Shown: one piece after another, positions 1-11,210 of the stretch
Layout of the letters: each line of letters begins with the position of its first letter
How positions within the stretch are numbered: position 1 is the first letter of the stretch
DNA from: a bacterium
Lineage (GTDB): Bacteria > Patescibacteriota > Microgenomatia > UBA10105 > UBA927
Length of the DNA: 54,256 bases
NCBI GenBank assembly: GCA_021817785.1
Contig: JAKAFY010000009.1
Span: forward strand, 1 to 54,256
Direction of reading: 5' to 3'
Position numbers and translations under genes: made by a program
Notes under the pieces: generated by a model
The model's input: only the letters and a program-made list of their open reading frames with translations
What the model was told of the DNA's origin: nothing
Databases searched by the model: none

Positions 1-1
1 A

Positions 2-199
2 GAAATGTTTCTCATTTTCACCCTCGGCCGTGAAGATGTGTTCTCATATGGCGATTTAGGGCTCCGGCAGGGTATTCAAAAGCTCTATGGGTTGCGAAAA
101 GAGCCCACGATACGGCAAATGGACAAACTGACAAAAGCCTGGAGCCCATACCGTTCATATGCTGCACGTTTGCTGTGGCGATATAAAGACGGAGAGTAA
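2..199 (+). CDS. DNA-3-methyladenine glycosylase (AlkA/HhH-GPD family), C-terminal part; 5' end outside window
   Basis: EMFLIFTLGREDVFSYGDLGLR...WSPYRSYAARLLW is the typical AlkA-family C-terminus. Confidence 0.85.
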   Translation, partial: EMFLIFTLGREDVFSYGDLGLRQGIQKLYGLRKEPTIRQMDKLTKAWSPYRSYAARLLWRYKDGE

Positions 200-248
200 C
201 TGTCTGGACATTTCATCGTGTATCATAAATACTAACGGGAGGAGAGCT

Positions 249-641
249 ATGAAACTTGTTCTCGCCTTGATTACCGCATCATTGTTAGGAACACTTCTTT
301 GGTGGAGTATCGCCATGGGGTCCGCCGCTCATTCCTGCGGCGTATCGTATCAAGCACAGCTCACAGAAAGTCGTATCAAGTCGGAGGCGTATGGGGGAGA
401 TCATCACCAATTTTGCAGCACGACGTATGACGCACTGTCTTCCTGGGAAGATTGTATCAATGCTATCCATACGAAAGTGCCGGTACAGGCAGTTGCGGCA
501 AGGCTCCAGCCATTTGTGCTCAATGTTCTCGGTATGGCGGGTGATCAAAGTTATAGTATCCACTCATTGAAATTGGAGCATGACGATCAGTGTAAAGATG
601 AGATCAACACCATGTTTTATCCGCCTGTGCCGGAGAAATAG
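249..641 (+). CDS. hypothetical exported or membrane-anchored protein with 4 Cys
   Basis: ATG 249 after GGAG; hydrophobic N-terminus MKLVLALITASLLGTLLWW; no family recognised. Confidence 0.6.
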   Translation: MKLVLALITASLLGTLLWWSIAMGSAAHSCGVSYQAQLTESRIKSEAYGGDHHQFCSTTYDALSSWEDCINAIHTKVPVQAVAARLQPFVLNVLGMAGDQSYSIHSLKLEHDDQCKDEINTMFYPPVPEK

Positions 642-642
642 A

Positions 643-2286
643 TTATCCGAATGTAAATGCGTATAGTTCTGTGTTGTCGTCCAAAAATTCTAATTTCACT
701 GTGTGGTCCCCGGGTTGTGTCAAATTCACTAGCGTATAGAGCCGGTCCGCAGATATAGTTACTACACCGTCTTGTACGTCGGTCCCCGCAAGCGTGCCGA
801 CCTCTTTTCCATCGAGGAATACTCTGATGTGTCCGCTTGTGGCTTCCATATGCGGTCGCATGACCAGATAGACATTCTTTGCGTTGAAATGGTACGTGAG
901 CGTGGCTCCTTTCTTTGGCATGGCAAATTCATCTGACTTCGTCCAGTTTCCCGTCGTAGTGATGCGTGAATAATCTCCCCGGGCATTCCCGAGGTATGTT
1001 TCCGGACTTTGTGCGTAGATTTGGTATTCCGGATTGGTAATTTTTGGCTGGTCCGTGACCCCGGTTTCTGCAAGCAGCGTCTGGATATGTCCTTCGGATT
1101 CATCGTAGTTACCCTCGCCGAAATGAGTGAATCGGATGTTGCCGTTTTTGTCGATGAAATATTCCGCCGGCCAATACTGGTTTGCAAAGGCATTCCAGGT
1201 GGCATAGTTGTTGTCCTGCATGACCGGATATTCGATTCCGAAATCTTTGAGCGCTTTCGCTACATTATCCGGATTTTTTTCAAATTCAAATTCAGGCGTA
1301 TGGACGCCGATGATGACTAACCCCTTATCTTTATACTTTTTCCACCAGGACGTAGTATACGGAAGCGTCCGGATGCAGTTGATGCAGGTGTAGGTCCAGA
1401 AGTCGACGAGCACGACTTTCCCGCGGAGCTCTTTCATGGTAAGGGGTGTCGTATTAAACCATTTGCCCCCCGCCACAAGTTCCGGCGCATTGCCATAATT
1501 CGCTTCTAATACATCGTGTACCATATCGCCTCCTTTAGAATTTTTAAATTGTTGTAATTGTTTTTGTACTGCCTGGTTATTTTCTATATTTGTTAGCCCT
1601 GTGCCGTAGTTTGGAAATGTATTGAGAATAAATGATTGAAATGCTCGATCCCACGAGAAGAAAATAGCAAGCGCTGTAAGGAGCATAAATACACCAAATA
1701 ATTTTTGGATAATAGCCGTATTTTGGGTAAGCCAAGGATGATTGGCCAGCAAACTCCGTCCGCCAAAGGTGATGGCAAGCAGCGGAAGTGACGTGCCGAA
1801 CGCATATACGAGCGTGAGTATCACCGCATGTAGCCCGACACTTTGGGTTGCCGCAAGGGCAATAATAGAAGCTAATATGGGACCCACACAGGGAGTCCAG
1901 ACGAGTCCGAGGCTCAATCCAACGATGATACCCGACAAAAATCCGTCTCCCGTATTGGTTTTCGGTCCGGTATTGGCTACGCGCGAAAACATGCGTTCAA
2001 GTACTGCCTGAAATGACGGGATAATCAATCCCAGTCCGAATGTCACGATGATGACGACTGCGATCATCCGTAATACATCAGGAGATACGCCAGCTGCTTT
2101 GACCAAAGTAGTAAGAAACAGGGTAAAAAACGTAAAACTCGCTATGAAGCCTACGACGACGCCTAACGGTCGCCGTTTCCCGCCGGTAATAGAGCCTGAC
2201 AGGACAATTGGCAGGATCGGGAGAATACACGGAGACAGGATGGTGACTATACCGCCGAGAAAAGAAAAGAGCAGCAATATCAGCAT
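643..2286 (-). CDS. dipZ: DipZ-type CcdA/DsbD membrane domain fused to a thioredoxin-like domain
   Basis: SPCILP and WTPCVGP transmembrane Cys motifs; DFWTYTCINC thioredoxin motif; VHTPEF. Confidence 0.9.
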   Translation of the reverse strand: MLILLLFSFLGGIVTILSPCILPILPIVLSGSITGGKRRPLGVVVGFIASFTFFTLFLTTLVKAAGVSPDVLRMIAVVIIVTFGLGLIIPSFQAVLERMFSRVANTGPKTNTGDGFLSGIIVGLSLGLVWTPCVGPILASIIALAATQSVGLHAVILTLVYAFGTSLPLLAITFGGRSLLANHPWLTQNTAIIQKLFGVFMLLTALAIFFSWDRAFQSFILNTFPNYGTGLTNIENNQAVQKQLQQFKNSKGGDMVHDVLEANYGNAPELVAGGKWFNTTPLTMKELRGKVVLVDFWTYTCINCIRTLPYTTSWWKKYKDKGLVIIGVHTPEFEFEKNPDNVAKALKDFGIEYPVMQDNNYATWNAFANQYWPAEYFIDKNGNIRFTHFGEGNYDESEGHIQTLLAETGVTDQPKITNPEYQIYAQSPETYLGNARGDYSRITTTGNWTKSDEFAMPKKGATLTYHFNAKNVYLVMRPHMEATSGHIRVFLDGKEVGTLAGTDVQDGVVTISADRLYTLVNLTQPGDHTVKLEFLDDNTELYAFTFG

Positions 2287-2412
2287 ACGTGTGTATTATA
2301 TATCACAAATCAGAATGACGTATTGTATATGAAAACCCGGTACCTAAACAAAAATACTGTTCGATTATGCTGTACTATATTTCTATGTCACGTATATGAC
2401 TACGAAGCCCTT

Positions 2413-3978
2413 ATGATAATATTTTCATTTCATCGTTGGGTATGGATACGAAAAATAGCATTCACACTCATATGTTGTGTTGCCATATGCGTACTGGCAC
2501 GTTGGTGCGCAAATACGATACGGCAGAAAGCGCTGCAACGGATGTCATGCATACAATGTAACGTTGTTATACTGGATCTGGACATATTACGATCAGATGC
2601 CCTGCGTTGCGATGAAAAAAATATCCGCGTTATCCCCAATCTTTGTATGCTTATTCGGCGCGGTACAAACTTTTCTCACGCATTCAGTCAGACGTCATGG
2701 TCGTTGCCGAGTGAATTATCTATGGTTACTGGCCTATATCCGAATGTCCATCATGTATGGAATGTGCAACGGGGTTCGCTTCCTCCTTCGTCTGGTACCC
2801 TGGCAGAATTTTTGAAAGGTAAAGGGTATCAGACATATTTCTTAGGAATCGATAGTGACGCAATCATGACTGAACGTAATGGTGGTTTGCGTGGATATAT
2901 GCATACCAATTTACATGCTCCGGGACCTCCGGAGTGGCTGGATGCATACAGGTCCGCCATATCCGCATCGTCTCACCCTATCTTATTCCATGCATATTCT
3001 GAATGGCTACATATACCATATCTTTTGCATCCGGGAGACACACCAATATCAAATATGCCGAAACCGAAGGGGTTTCCCGTATATCAGGAACAATTTGATC
3101 CATTGTGGTATGCGTATTTGGTCGCGCACGCAAAAGACATATTCACGCCCAAGACCATAGCGGACCACCCGGAAATATTTCAGGCGGATCCCGCCCTGCG
3201 TGGTCGATTGATGGGGGATTTTTTTAAAAAATTAGACCGTGAACATGATTATACGCAGCGATTCCATGCATGGGATACCTACTATGAAACGTATATGCAG
3301 TTTATCAATCCAAATCAGCCGAGTGATGTATCATATCTTCGTATGATGTATAAATCCAGATTACACACTCTCGATGAGAGCCTCTCCGATTTTATTCACT
3401 ACCTCAATGCCCCGGACGTTGCATCGCATACGATTGTCGTCATTACGTCTTCTCACGGCGAAGCATTCGGTGAACACGGGACATTTTCCCATAATGACAT
3501 TCCGTACAATGAACTTTATCATGTCCCTCTGATTATCATTTATCCATCCGGCGCGGGTCAGACGGTTGATTCGGTGGCGGAGAATATAGATATATATCCT
3601 ACCGTTGCAGAACTTGTTACAGGATTCTCTCCCAAAAACATTCAGGGTGTATCACTTGCGCCGGTTATGTCGGGGATATCTGTGAAGGTGAAACCCTACG
3701 CATTCTCTATGAATTATGAAGATGTCTTTGTCGTCCAGACAAGAACATATGCATTAATAGTATATAACAATTCGCAGCACCCCCCGGAATTATATGATGT
3801 GTTTCAGGATCCCGGGGAGACGCATAATATTGTTCATGCATATCCGGCTATATATTCACAATTCCAGCATGTACTTTCCCATACGCTGGCACCGGAACTG
3901 TATATGCATATGGCATTACCCGCTCCTATACCACAAGAAATCCGCACACAGAAGGTGATAAAGAACGGATATTTTTAG
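2413..3978 (+). CDS. membrane-anchored sulfatase-like hydrolase/transferase, paralog 1
   Basis: NVVILDLDILRSD, WSLPS...TGLYP, HGEAFGEHG, HVPLII, ELYD...DPGE; start chosen by comparison with paralogs and uncertain. Confidence 0.85.
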   Translation: MIIFSFHRWVWIRKIAFTLICCVAICVLARWCANTIRQKALQRMSCIQCNVVILDLDILRSDALRCDEKNIRVIPNLCMLIRRGTNFSHAFSQTSWSLPSELSMVTGLYPNVHHVWNVQRGSLPPSSGTLAEFLKGKGYQTYFLGIDSDAIMTERNGGLRGYMHTNLHAPGPPEWLDAYRSAISASSHPILFHAYSEWLHIPYLLHPGDTPISNMPKPKGFPVYQEQFDPLWYAYLVAHAKDIFTPKTIADHPEIFQADPALRGRLMGDFFKKLDREHDYTQRFHAWDTYYETYMQFINPNQPSDVSYLRMMYKSRLHTLDESLSDFIHYLNAPDVASHTIVVITSSHGEAFGEHGTFSHNDIPYNELYHVPLIIIYPSGAGQTVDSVAENIDIYPTVAELVTGFSPKNIQGVSLAPVMSGISVKVKPYAFSMNYEDVFVVQTRTYALIVYNNSQHPPELYDVFQDPGETHNIVHAYPAIYSQFQHVLSHTLAPELYMHMALPAPIPQEIRTQKVIKNGYF

Positions 3979-4117
3979 CATTGTTAGAATATGTGTGGGG
4001 AGGCAGGACGACGCATATCCGGCAGAAAATGCGTGTATTAATACGCGACATAAAACATGTTGGTATGATGTAGCAACACAACCTGTCCTTTGCGCGTATC
4101 CTCTACAGGATATTTAT

Positions 4118-5704
4118 ATGAACGAACGACATATACCATTCGGCATGAATCGAATACATCACGGTCAACCGTGGATACGCAAAATTGTATTCGTTATCAT
4201 AATATGCACAGGTCTGTGTGTTGCAGCATTATTGTTCCGAACCGCGGTCTCTCAAATCGCCCGTCGCACCGTATCATGTCCAGACTGTAATGTTGTCATA
4301 CTAGATATAGATACGCTGCGGGAAGATGCGTTGCATTGTTTTGATACCAACGCGGTTGTTGCGCCAAATTTATGCAAACTTATTCGTCAAAGCGCGTATT
4401 TTCCATATGACTTTAGCCAATCAAATTGGACACTTCCGAGTTCGCTGTCAACGTACACATCACAATATCCGAACATACACGGGGTATGGAAAGAGCGTGG
4501 TGAGGTGTTATCTTCCACAACGCAAACACTCGCATCATTTTTTCAGCATCATGGATACCAAACGTATTATTCCGGTCAAAATAACGACAGCGTATTGACA
4601 CAATATAATGGCGGATTGCGCGGATATATGCATCTCAATTTGGATCCGGAAAGTGACCGGGACTGGCTGTCTTCGTTTCAATCTGCATTATTTAATGGAC
4701 AGCCTGTATTATTTCACGCCTATACGTCATGGCTGCACATGCCCTATGTGTTAAATCCTGGTGAATTGCCAGTTGAACATTTGGTGCGACCCAAAGGATT
4801 TCCGGTCTCCCAATCTGAATTCGAACAAGTCTTCGGAACGTATCTTACGTTACACATGAACGAGGTGTTCACACGGGACACGATAAAGGAAAACCCGGAT
4901 ATTTTTATGGCTCCAGAGTCCGTTCGCGCAGAGCGAATGGTTGATTATTTTTTCGCATTAGGTAATGAAAATGACATCGTGAAGCGAAAAAAAGCATGGC
5001 CGGCTATATATAGCGCATATATGCAATATATTGATGTCAAAAATCCTCACGATATTGCATTTTTACATATGATGTATGAATCCAAGGTTCGTGCGCTGGA
5101 TACGCATCTAGCGGGATTTATTAATTTTTTATTGCAGCCGGAAATTAGCGCGCACACGATTGTAATTCTTACCTCCTCTCATGGTGAAGCGTTTGGAGAA
5201 CATGGAACATTTACACATGATAGTGTTCCGTATAACGAGCTGTATCGTGTTCCGTTAGCAATAAAATATCCGCATAGCACCGGAACAACAATACACTCAG
5301 TAGTGGAAAATATAGACTTATTTCCTACGATTGCGGAACTGGTGACAGGCGAGATGATAAAAAACGTGCAGGGCGTGTCGTTGCTCCCACGCATCATCGG
5401 CCTGTCTGCGACGGTCAAACCGTATGTTATTTCCATAAACGATAACGATGAATTTGTCATCCAAAATAACCGGTATGCTGCAGTGTTTTACAGAAATCCG
5501 CGTTTGAATCCGGAGCTTTATGATGTACGTACAGACCCAACAGAACAACATGATATCGTCGCATTATATCCGCACATCATGCAGCAATTCTATTGGCAGT
5601 TGAAAAAAAATTCGATATCGGAGCCTTTAATTCCGCCAATACACGATACGCAAATTCCTTCCGGCGTCAATAAGCAGGATCTTATACGGAGTGGATATTT
5701 TTGA
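4118..5704 (+). CDS. membrane-anchored sulfatase-like hydrolase/transferase, paralog 2
   Basis: NVVILDIDTLRED, WTLPS, HGEAFGEHG, ELYD...DPTE; start could be 4145. Confidence 0.85.
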   Translation: MNERHIPFGMNRIHHGQPWIRKIVFVIIICTGLCVAALLFRTAVSQIARRTVSCPDCNVVILDIDTLREDALHCFDTNAVVAPNLCKLIRQSAYFPYDFSQSNWTLPSSLSTYTSQYPNIHGVWKERGEVLSSTTQTLASFFQHHGYQTYYSGQNNDSVLTQYNGGLRGYMHLNLDPESDRDWLSSFQSALFNGQPVLFHAYTSWLHMPYVLNPGELPVEHLVRPKGFPVSQSEFEQVFGTYLTLHMNEVFTRDTIKENPDIFMAPESVRAERMVDYFFALGNENDIVKRKKAWPAIYSAYMQYIDVKNPHDIAFLHMMYESKVRALDTHLAGFINFLLQPEISAHTIVILTSSHGEAFGEHGTFTHDSVPYNELYRVPLAIKYPHSTGTTIHSVVENIDLFPTIAELVTGEMIKNVQGVSLLPRIIGLSATVKPYVISINDNDEFVIQNNRYAAVFYRNPRLNPELYDVRTDPTEQHDIVALYPHIMQQFYWQLKKNSISEPLIPPIHDTQIPSGVNKQDLIRSGYF

Positions 5705-5755
5705 TCCGAATGCATATCATAGATACGCAGTAGGCCGGCATATCGGCGTGTCATT

Positions 5756-7315
5756 ATGTCATTATCTCCGGGGCGGCTGTGGGTGCCAAAAATTTTGTTC
5801 GCAATAGTACTCTCGATTGCCATACTATCTCTTGTTCGATTTGGCCATACGGCAATAACCCGTTATCTTTCCCAAAAGATATTGTGTCTCCGCTGTACCG
5901 TCGTTATTTTGGATTTGGACACGTTGCGCGCGGATGAGATAGATTGTTTTGGCATAGGCGCCACAGTTACTCCCAATTTGTGCCGGCTCATCCGTCAAAG
6001 CACGGTTTTTTCGCAGGCATATAGCCAATCGTATTGGACGCTGCCAAGTTCGCTATCGACATATTCATCGCTGTACCCCAATGTGAACCAAGTGTGGCGT
6101 ATGGGACAGGGGTCGCTTGCCCCGTCCACCGTTACCCTGGCCGCCTATGTACAATCCGCCGGATATAAAACGACATATGCAGGTCAAGATGCTGATAATT
6201 TGCTGACTCAGCGTAATGGCGGACTTCGTGGATATGGACACATAGACAATGTTGATATATTTTGGGGACAGTTACTTTCCAAATTTACGTCAACCATATC
6301 CGCGCCTCCGCCGGTATTGTTCCACGTCTATACAGGATGGCTGCATATGCCGTATCTTTTGGATTCGGATCAGTCGCCGATCGAAAATTTACCGAAACCA
6401 AAAGGATTCCCTTTGTTTTTTACAGAATTTGATGCGATACAGGAAAATTACTTAGCCGCACATGCCACAGACGTTTTTACGCCAGAGACTATCGCGCAAA
6501 ATCCTGACGTTTTCCGAGTGGGCCCAGCCGATCGGGGAAAACGCATATTAGCCTATTTTCGGATGCTTGATGCAATGAACGATTATACAAAACGGAAAAA
6601 TGCCTGGTTATCCACGTACATTCCGTATATGCAGTTTATCGATCTGCACAATCCGCAGGACGTGGCATATCTTCACATGATGTACAAATCGACAATACAC
6701 ACACTGGATAGCAGGCTAGCTCCGTACATCAATTACCTGTTACAGCCGGATATTTCCCGGCATACGATCGTGGTCATTACATCCGCCCATGGGGAGGCAT
6801 TTGAAGAACATGGGACACTCGAACATGATGCTATCCCGTATAACGAGTTATATCACGTTCCGCTTATTATAAAATACCCCCACGGATCGGGGAGACACAT
6901 TGATGCAGTCGTTGAAAATATCGATATCTACCCAACGATCGTCGAGATGGTGACCGGAAAAGTGCCCGACAATGTACAGGGGGTTTCATTGGTTCCTCTC
7001 TTGTCAGGATCATCGATACGGGCGAAATCCTATGCGATATCCATAAATGAAAATAATGTCTTCGTTCTTCAAAATAGGCGGTACGCGCTTATCGTATACA
7101 AAGACCGCGCGGTAAAGCCGGAGCTTTACGATCTGATCCGGGATCCCGGCGAACAGCATGATATAGCTTCCAAGCATCCCGATATCGTCAACCAATATAT
7201 GCGATTTTTTGTACAAACACATGTCGTACCAGAACTTTCCATTCCTACTCCTGACGTTCTGCCGATTCCCGCGGATATATATAAAAAGGATCTTATACGG
7301 AGCGGATATTTTTAA
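5756..7315 (+). CDS. membrane-anchored sulfatase-like hydrolase/transferase, paralog 3
   Basis: VVILDLDTLRAD, WTLPS, HGEAFEEHG, ELYDL..DPGE. Confidence 0.85.
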   Translation: MSLSPGRLWVPKILFAIVLSIAILSLVRFGHTAITRYLSQKILCLRCTVVILDLDTLRADEIDCFGIGATVTPNLCRLIRQSTVFSQAYSQSYWTLPSSLSTYSSLYPNVNQVWRMGQGSLAPSTVTLAAYVQSAGYKTTYAGQDADNLLTQRNGGLRGYGHIDNVDIFWGQLLSKFTSTISAPPPVLFHVYTGWLHMPYLLDSDQSPIENLPKPKGFPLFFTEFDAIQENYLAAHATDVFTPETIAQNPDVFRVGPADRGKRILAYFRMLDAMNDYTKRKNAWLSTYIPYMQFIDLHNPQDVAYLHMMYKSTIHTLDSRLAPYINYLLQPDISRHTIVVITSAHGEAFEEHGTLEHDAIPYNELYHVPLIIKYPHGSGRHIDAVVENIDIYPTIVEMVTGKVPDNVQGVSLVPLLSGSSIRAKSYAISINENNVFVLQNRRYALIVYKDRAVKPELYDLIRDPGEQHDIASKHPDIVNQYMRFFVQTHVVPELSIPTPDVLPIPADIYKKDLIRSGYF

Positions 7316-7344
7316 TGTTGTGGTAAACGTGAACGAGGGTATAT

Positions 7345-7623
7345 ATGATTTCACAAGAGGATTTAGAAAAGCGTATTGTAACCATAGAGCTACGGAATAA
7401 ACGGGTGGAGATGGATAAATCATGGGAAGTAAGTTGGGTGAGGCGCGGACTCCTTATACTCTTTACCTATCTTTCCGTAGGACTGTATCTTAACGTGATC
7501 GCAGTTCCGAATCCGTGGTTAAACGCCATCGTGCCATCGCTGGGATTTTTGCTGTCGACATTAACGCCTCCGTTTTTTAAACGACTATGGATCGATTCCC
7601 ACAAATCTCTAGACAGGAGTTAG
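7345..7623 (+). CDS. small hypothetical membrane protein
   Basis: charged N-terminal helix (RNKRVEMDKSWEVSWVRR) followed by two hydrophobic segments; GAGG upstream. Confidence 0.75.
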   Translation: MISQEDLEKRIVTIELRNKRVEMDKSWEVSWVRRGLLILFTYLSVGLYLNVIAVPNPWLNAIVPSLGFLLSTLTPPFFKRLWIDSHKSLDRS

Positions 7624-7774
7624 AATTTCCCGTATAATCAGGAAGTTGAATTGTTGAAGCAGTATTGCTTCCCAAGTCGGGGAGTCTTTTTTTATCGTTT
7701 TTCGCTGATCCTGCCGGAGTTTGATATAATCTCCAAAGAGATTGATCACGTAGGGAATACAAAGTAGAGGAAGG

Positions 7775-7805
7775 TACCCCTCCGAAGCTTCAGCGAAGGA
7801 GGGTA
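7775..7805. repeat. short palindromic repeat (CCCTCCGAAGCTTCAGCGAAGGAGGG family)
   Basis: stem CCCTCC/GGAGGG; related copies at 43596-43622 and 45685-45711. Confidence 0.7.
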
Positions 7806-7817
7806 TTTCATTTATAT

Positions 7818-9926
7818 ATGGCCAATCCGCAGACAACACTCACAGAAAACCGCGATGTACCGCTCGATAAAGTGCGAAACATCGGCATCATCGCGCACAT
7901 CGATGCCGGAAAAACCACAACCACGGAACGGATTCTTTACTATACCGGCCGAAGCTACAAAATCGGAGATATCGATGAAGGCACGACCCAGATGGACTGG
8001 ATGGAGCAAGAAAGGGAACGCGGTATTACGATCGTATCCGCCGCTACCACCACATTTTGGAAAACGTACCGCTTCAATATTATTGATACCCCGGGACATG
8101 TGGACTTTACCGCAGAGGTCGAACGATCCCTGCGGGTTTTGGATGGGGGTATTACCGTCCTTGACGCGGAAGAAGGCGTGCAGTCCCAATCCGAGACCGT
8201 ATGGCACCAGGCAGACAAATATAAAGTGCCGCGTATCTGTTTTATCAACAAAATGGACAAAATCGGTGCGGATTTCCGGCATACCATCGGGCAAATTGAA
8301 GAACGGTTGGGAGCCAGAACCGCCGTCATGGTCGTCCCGATCGGACGTGAGCAGACATACAAAGGTATTGTCGATCTGCTGACGCTTAAAGCATACGTGT
8401 GGAACACCGACGATTTGGGTGCTCATCCCGAAGAGCTTCCTGAAATCCCGGCAGATCTCAAGGACGAGGTAGAAAAATCCCGTCACGAACTTATCGAACG
8501 TATTTCCGAAACAGACGACGTGTTGATCGAAAAATATTTAGCAGGCGAAGAGCCAAACGTTGAAGAACTCAAAGCCGCACTTCGCCGGGCGGTTATTGCC
8601 TACAAATTGGTGCCGATTTACTGCGGTACCAGTTTGAGAAACAAAGGCGTGCAGCCGCTTTTGGATGCGGTAGTAGATTATTTGCCGTCTCCGTTAGATT
8701 TGCCTCCTGTTGACGGTATTGAGCCCCAGACCGGGGAGAAAATTACCCGTAAACGCGAACAAAGCGATCCGTTTTCCGGACTCGCATTCAAAATTCAGAT
8801 AGATCCGCATGTCGGAAAGCTTACCTACGTCCGCATTTATTCCGGCAAACTCGAATCCGGCTCCTACACCTGGAATTCCAGCAAAGGCACCCAGGAACGC
8901 GTCGGTCGGCTGCTTCTCATGCACGCCAACCAGCGCGAGGAAATCAAAGAGGCATACGCGGGAGAAATCGTTGCCGTGGTAGGACTTAAAGATACGATCA
9001 CCGGAGACACACTCTGTGACGGAGATCATCCGATTGTTTTGGAAAAGATTACCTTCCCGGAGCCGGTTATTTCGCTGGCTATCGAACCCAAGACCAAAAA
9101 TGACCAGGAAAAGATGGGATATGCCCTGCAGCGTTTGGCCGAAGAAGACCCGACGTTTAAAATAAAATCCAATCCGGAAACCAATCAAACCATCATTTGG
9201 GGGATGGGAGAGCTTCATTTGGAAATTTTGGTAGACCGCATGAAACGCGAGTTTAAAGTAGAAGCCAATGTCGGAGCGCCGCAGGTGGCGTATAAAGAAA
9301 CGATCCGGAAAGCCGCCGAAGGCGAAGGAAAGTATATCCGCCAGACCGGAGGCCGTGGGCAATATGGACACGCCATGATCAAAATCGAGCCGAAAGGCCG
9401 GGGGGAAGGATTTGAGTTTATTGACGCGATTAAAGGCGGAGCGGTGCCAAACGAATTTATTCCGCCGATTGAAAAAGGTATCAAGGAAGCTATGGAAAAT
9501 GGCGTGTTGGCAGGGTATCAACTGGTCGATATGTCCGCAACCCTCTACGACGGAAGCTATCATGATGTCGACTCTTCAGAAATCGCGTTTAAGATCGCTG
9601 GCTCCATGGCGCTTCAGGATGCCGTAAAGCACGCGGATCCCACGCTTTTGGAACCGATCATGAAGGTGGAAGTCACCACCCCGGACGAATACATGGGAGA
9701 CGCAATCGGAGATTTGTCGGCAAGGCGCGCTGAAATTCAGGGTACGGAAAAACGGGGGACCGTCACGATTATTCTGGCTATGGTGCCGTTGGCAGAATTG
9801 TCCGGATATGCCACGGTGTTGCGCAGTCTGTCCAAAGGACGCGCAACTTATTACATGGAGCCGAGTCACTATCAGGAGGTCCCGAAAAACATCCAGGAAA
9901 AGATCATTGCAAAAACGACTGTCTGA
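7818..9926 (+). CDS. fusA: elongation factor G
   Basis: [38 protein letters not shown]. Confidence 0.99.
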   Translation: MANPQTTLTENRDVPLDKVRNIGIIAHIDAGKTTTTERILYYTGRSYKIGDIDEGTTQMDWMEQERERGITIVSAATTTFWKTYRFNIIDTPGHVDFTAEVERSLRVLDGGITVLDAEEGVQSQSETVWHQADKYKVPRICFINKMDKIGADFRHTIGQIEERLGARTAVMVVPIGREQTYKGIVDLLTLKAYVWNTDDLGAHPEELPEIPADLKDEVEKSRHELIERISETDDVLIEKYLAGEEPNVEELKAALRRAVIAYKLVPIYCGTSLRNKGVQPLLDAVVDYLPSPLDLPPVDGIEPQTGEKITRKREQSDPFSGLAFKIQIDPHVGKLTYVRIYSGKLESGSYTWNSSKGTQERVGRLLLMHANQREEIKEAYAGEIVAVVGLKDTITGDTLCDGDHPIVLEKITFPEPVISLAIEPKTKNDQEKMGYALQRLAEEDPTFKIKSNPETNQTIIWGMGELHLEILVDRMKREFKVEANVGAPQVAYKETIRKAAEGEGKYIRQTGGRGQYGHAMIKIEPKGRGEGFEFIDAIKGGAVPNEFIPPIEKGIKEAMENGVLAGYQLVDMSATLYDGSYHDVDSSEIAFKIAGSMALQDAVKHADPTLLEPIMKVEVTTPDEYMGDAIGDLSARRAEIQGTEKRGTVTIILAMVPLAELSGYATVLRSLSKGRATYYMEPSHYQEVPKNIQEKIIAKTTV

Positions 9927-9996
9927 TGTTAAAATGAACCTCGCGATCGAATTGTCGTCGGGTTCGCATTTATTGTTTTTATAAAGGAGGAGTCTT

Positions 9997-11184
9997 ATGG
10001 CAGATGCAGCAAAATATGTTCGAAACAAGCCCCATTTGAATATCGGGACCATCGGTCACGTTGATCATGGAAAAACCACTCTTACGTCTGCTATTACGCA
10101 TGTGCTCGCCAAATCAGGTATGGCGAAAGCATTGAAATACGAAGAAATCGACAACGCACCGGAAGAAAAGGCCCGTGGCGTTACCATAAACATTCACCAC
10201 TCAGAATACGAAACCGCCAAACGGCACTATGCACACATAGACGCACCGGGACATGCTGACTATGTCAAAAACATGATCACCGGAGCCGCCCAAATGGACG
10301 GAGCTATTCTCGTCGTGTCCGCGCCGGACGGTCCTATGCCGCAGACCCGCGAACACATCTTACTGGCTAAACAAGTAAACGTTCCTGCCATCGTCGTGTT
10401 TATGAACAAATGCGATATGGTACAGGATAAAGAACTTCTGGATCTTGTGGAGATGGAAGTCCGTGAATTGCTTACCAAATACGGGTATCCCGGAGATAAA
10501 ATTCCGGTTATCCGCGGAAGCGCCTTGAAAGCACTTCAGGGGGATGCAGATGCGGAAAACTCGATTCTCGAGCTTATGAAGACGGTAGACGAATACGTGC
10601 CGGAACCGGTACGGGAACTCGATAAACCGTTCCTCATGCCGATCGAGGACGTCTTTTCCATCAAAGGCCGCGGGACGGTGGTTACCGGCCGTGTGCAGCG
10701 AGGAAAAGTGAAAGTCGGAGAAACGGTCGAAATCGTCGGTATCAAACCGACACAGACGACGGTCGTTACCGGCGTCGAAATGTTCCGGAAATCTCTGGAT
10801 GAAGGACTTGCCGGCGACAACGTCGGTATTCTTCTCCGCGGAGTGGAAAAAGAACAGGTGGAGCGCGGACAAGTGCTGGCAGCTCCCGGTTCCGTCAAGC
10901 CACACACAGAATTTGAATCTGAAGTGTATGTGCTGACGAAAGAAGAAGGCGGACGTCATACGCCATTCTTTACCGGATACCGACCGCAGTTCTATATCCA
11001 GACGACGGACGTCACCGGAGCAGTAACGTTGCCACAGGGAGTGGAAATGGTTATGCCTGGAGATAGTACGAAAATGGTGGTCAAACTTATTGTACCGGTA
11101 GCGCTCGAAGAAGGATTGCGGTTTGCTATCCGTGAGGGTGGACACACCGTAGCCAGTGGAGTTGTTACAAAAATTGTTGCTTAA
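9997..11184 (+). CDS. tuf: elongation factor Tu
   Basis: [32 protein letters not shown]; SD AAGGAGG. Confidence 0.99.
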   Translation: MADAAKYVRNKPHLNIGTIGHVDHGKTTLTSAITHVLAKSGMAKALKYEEIDNAPEEKARGVTINIHHSEYETAKRHYAHIDAPGHADYVKNMITGAAQMDGAILVVSAPDGPMPQTREHILLAKQVNVPAIVVFMNKCDMVQDKELLDLVEMEVRELLTKYGYPGDKIPVIRGSALKALQGDADAENSILELMKTVDEYVPEPVRELDKPFLMPIEDVFSIKGRGTVVTGRVQRGKVKVGETVEIVGIKPTQTTVVTGVEMFRKSLDEGLAGDNVGILLRGVEKEQVERGQVLAAPGSVKPHTEFESEVYVLTKEEGGRHTPFFTGYRPQFYIQTTDVTGAVTLPQGVEMVMPGDSTKMVVKLIVPVALEEGLRFAIREGGHTVASGVVTKIVA

Positions 11185-11210
11185 AAGACAAATAAGCACC
11201 TTAAAACACT

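Noticed and set aside
7577-7839. Minus-strand ORFs 7577-7762 and 7609-7839
   Set aside because: No recognisable motifs; they overlap real genes, and the SFAEASEG peptide is just the translated palindromic repeat
7812-11199. Long antisense ORFs over fusA and tuf (e.g. 8694-9563, 10360-11199)
   Set aside because: Shadow frames of highly conserved, codon-biased genes
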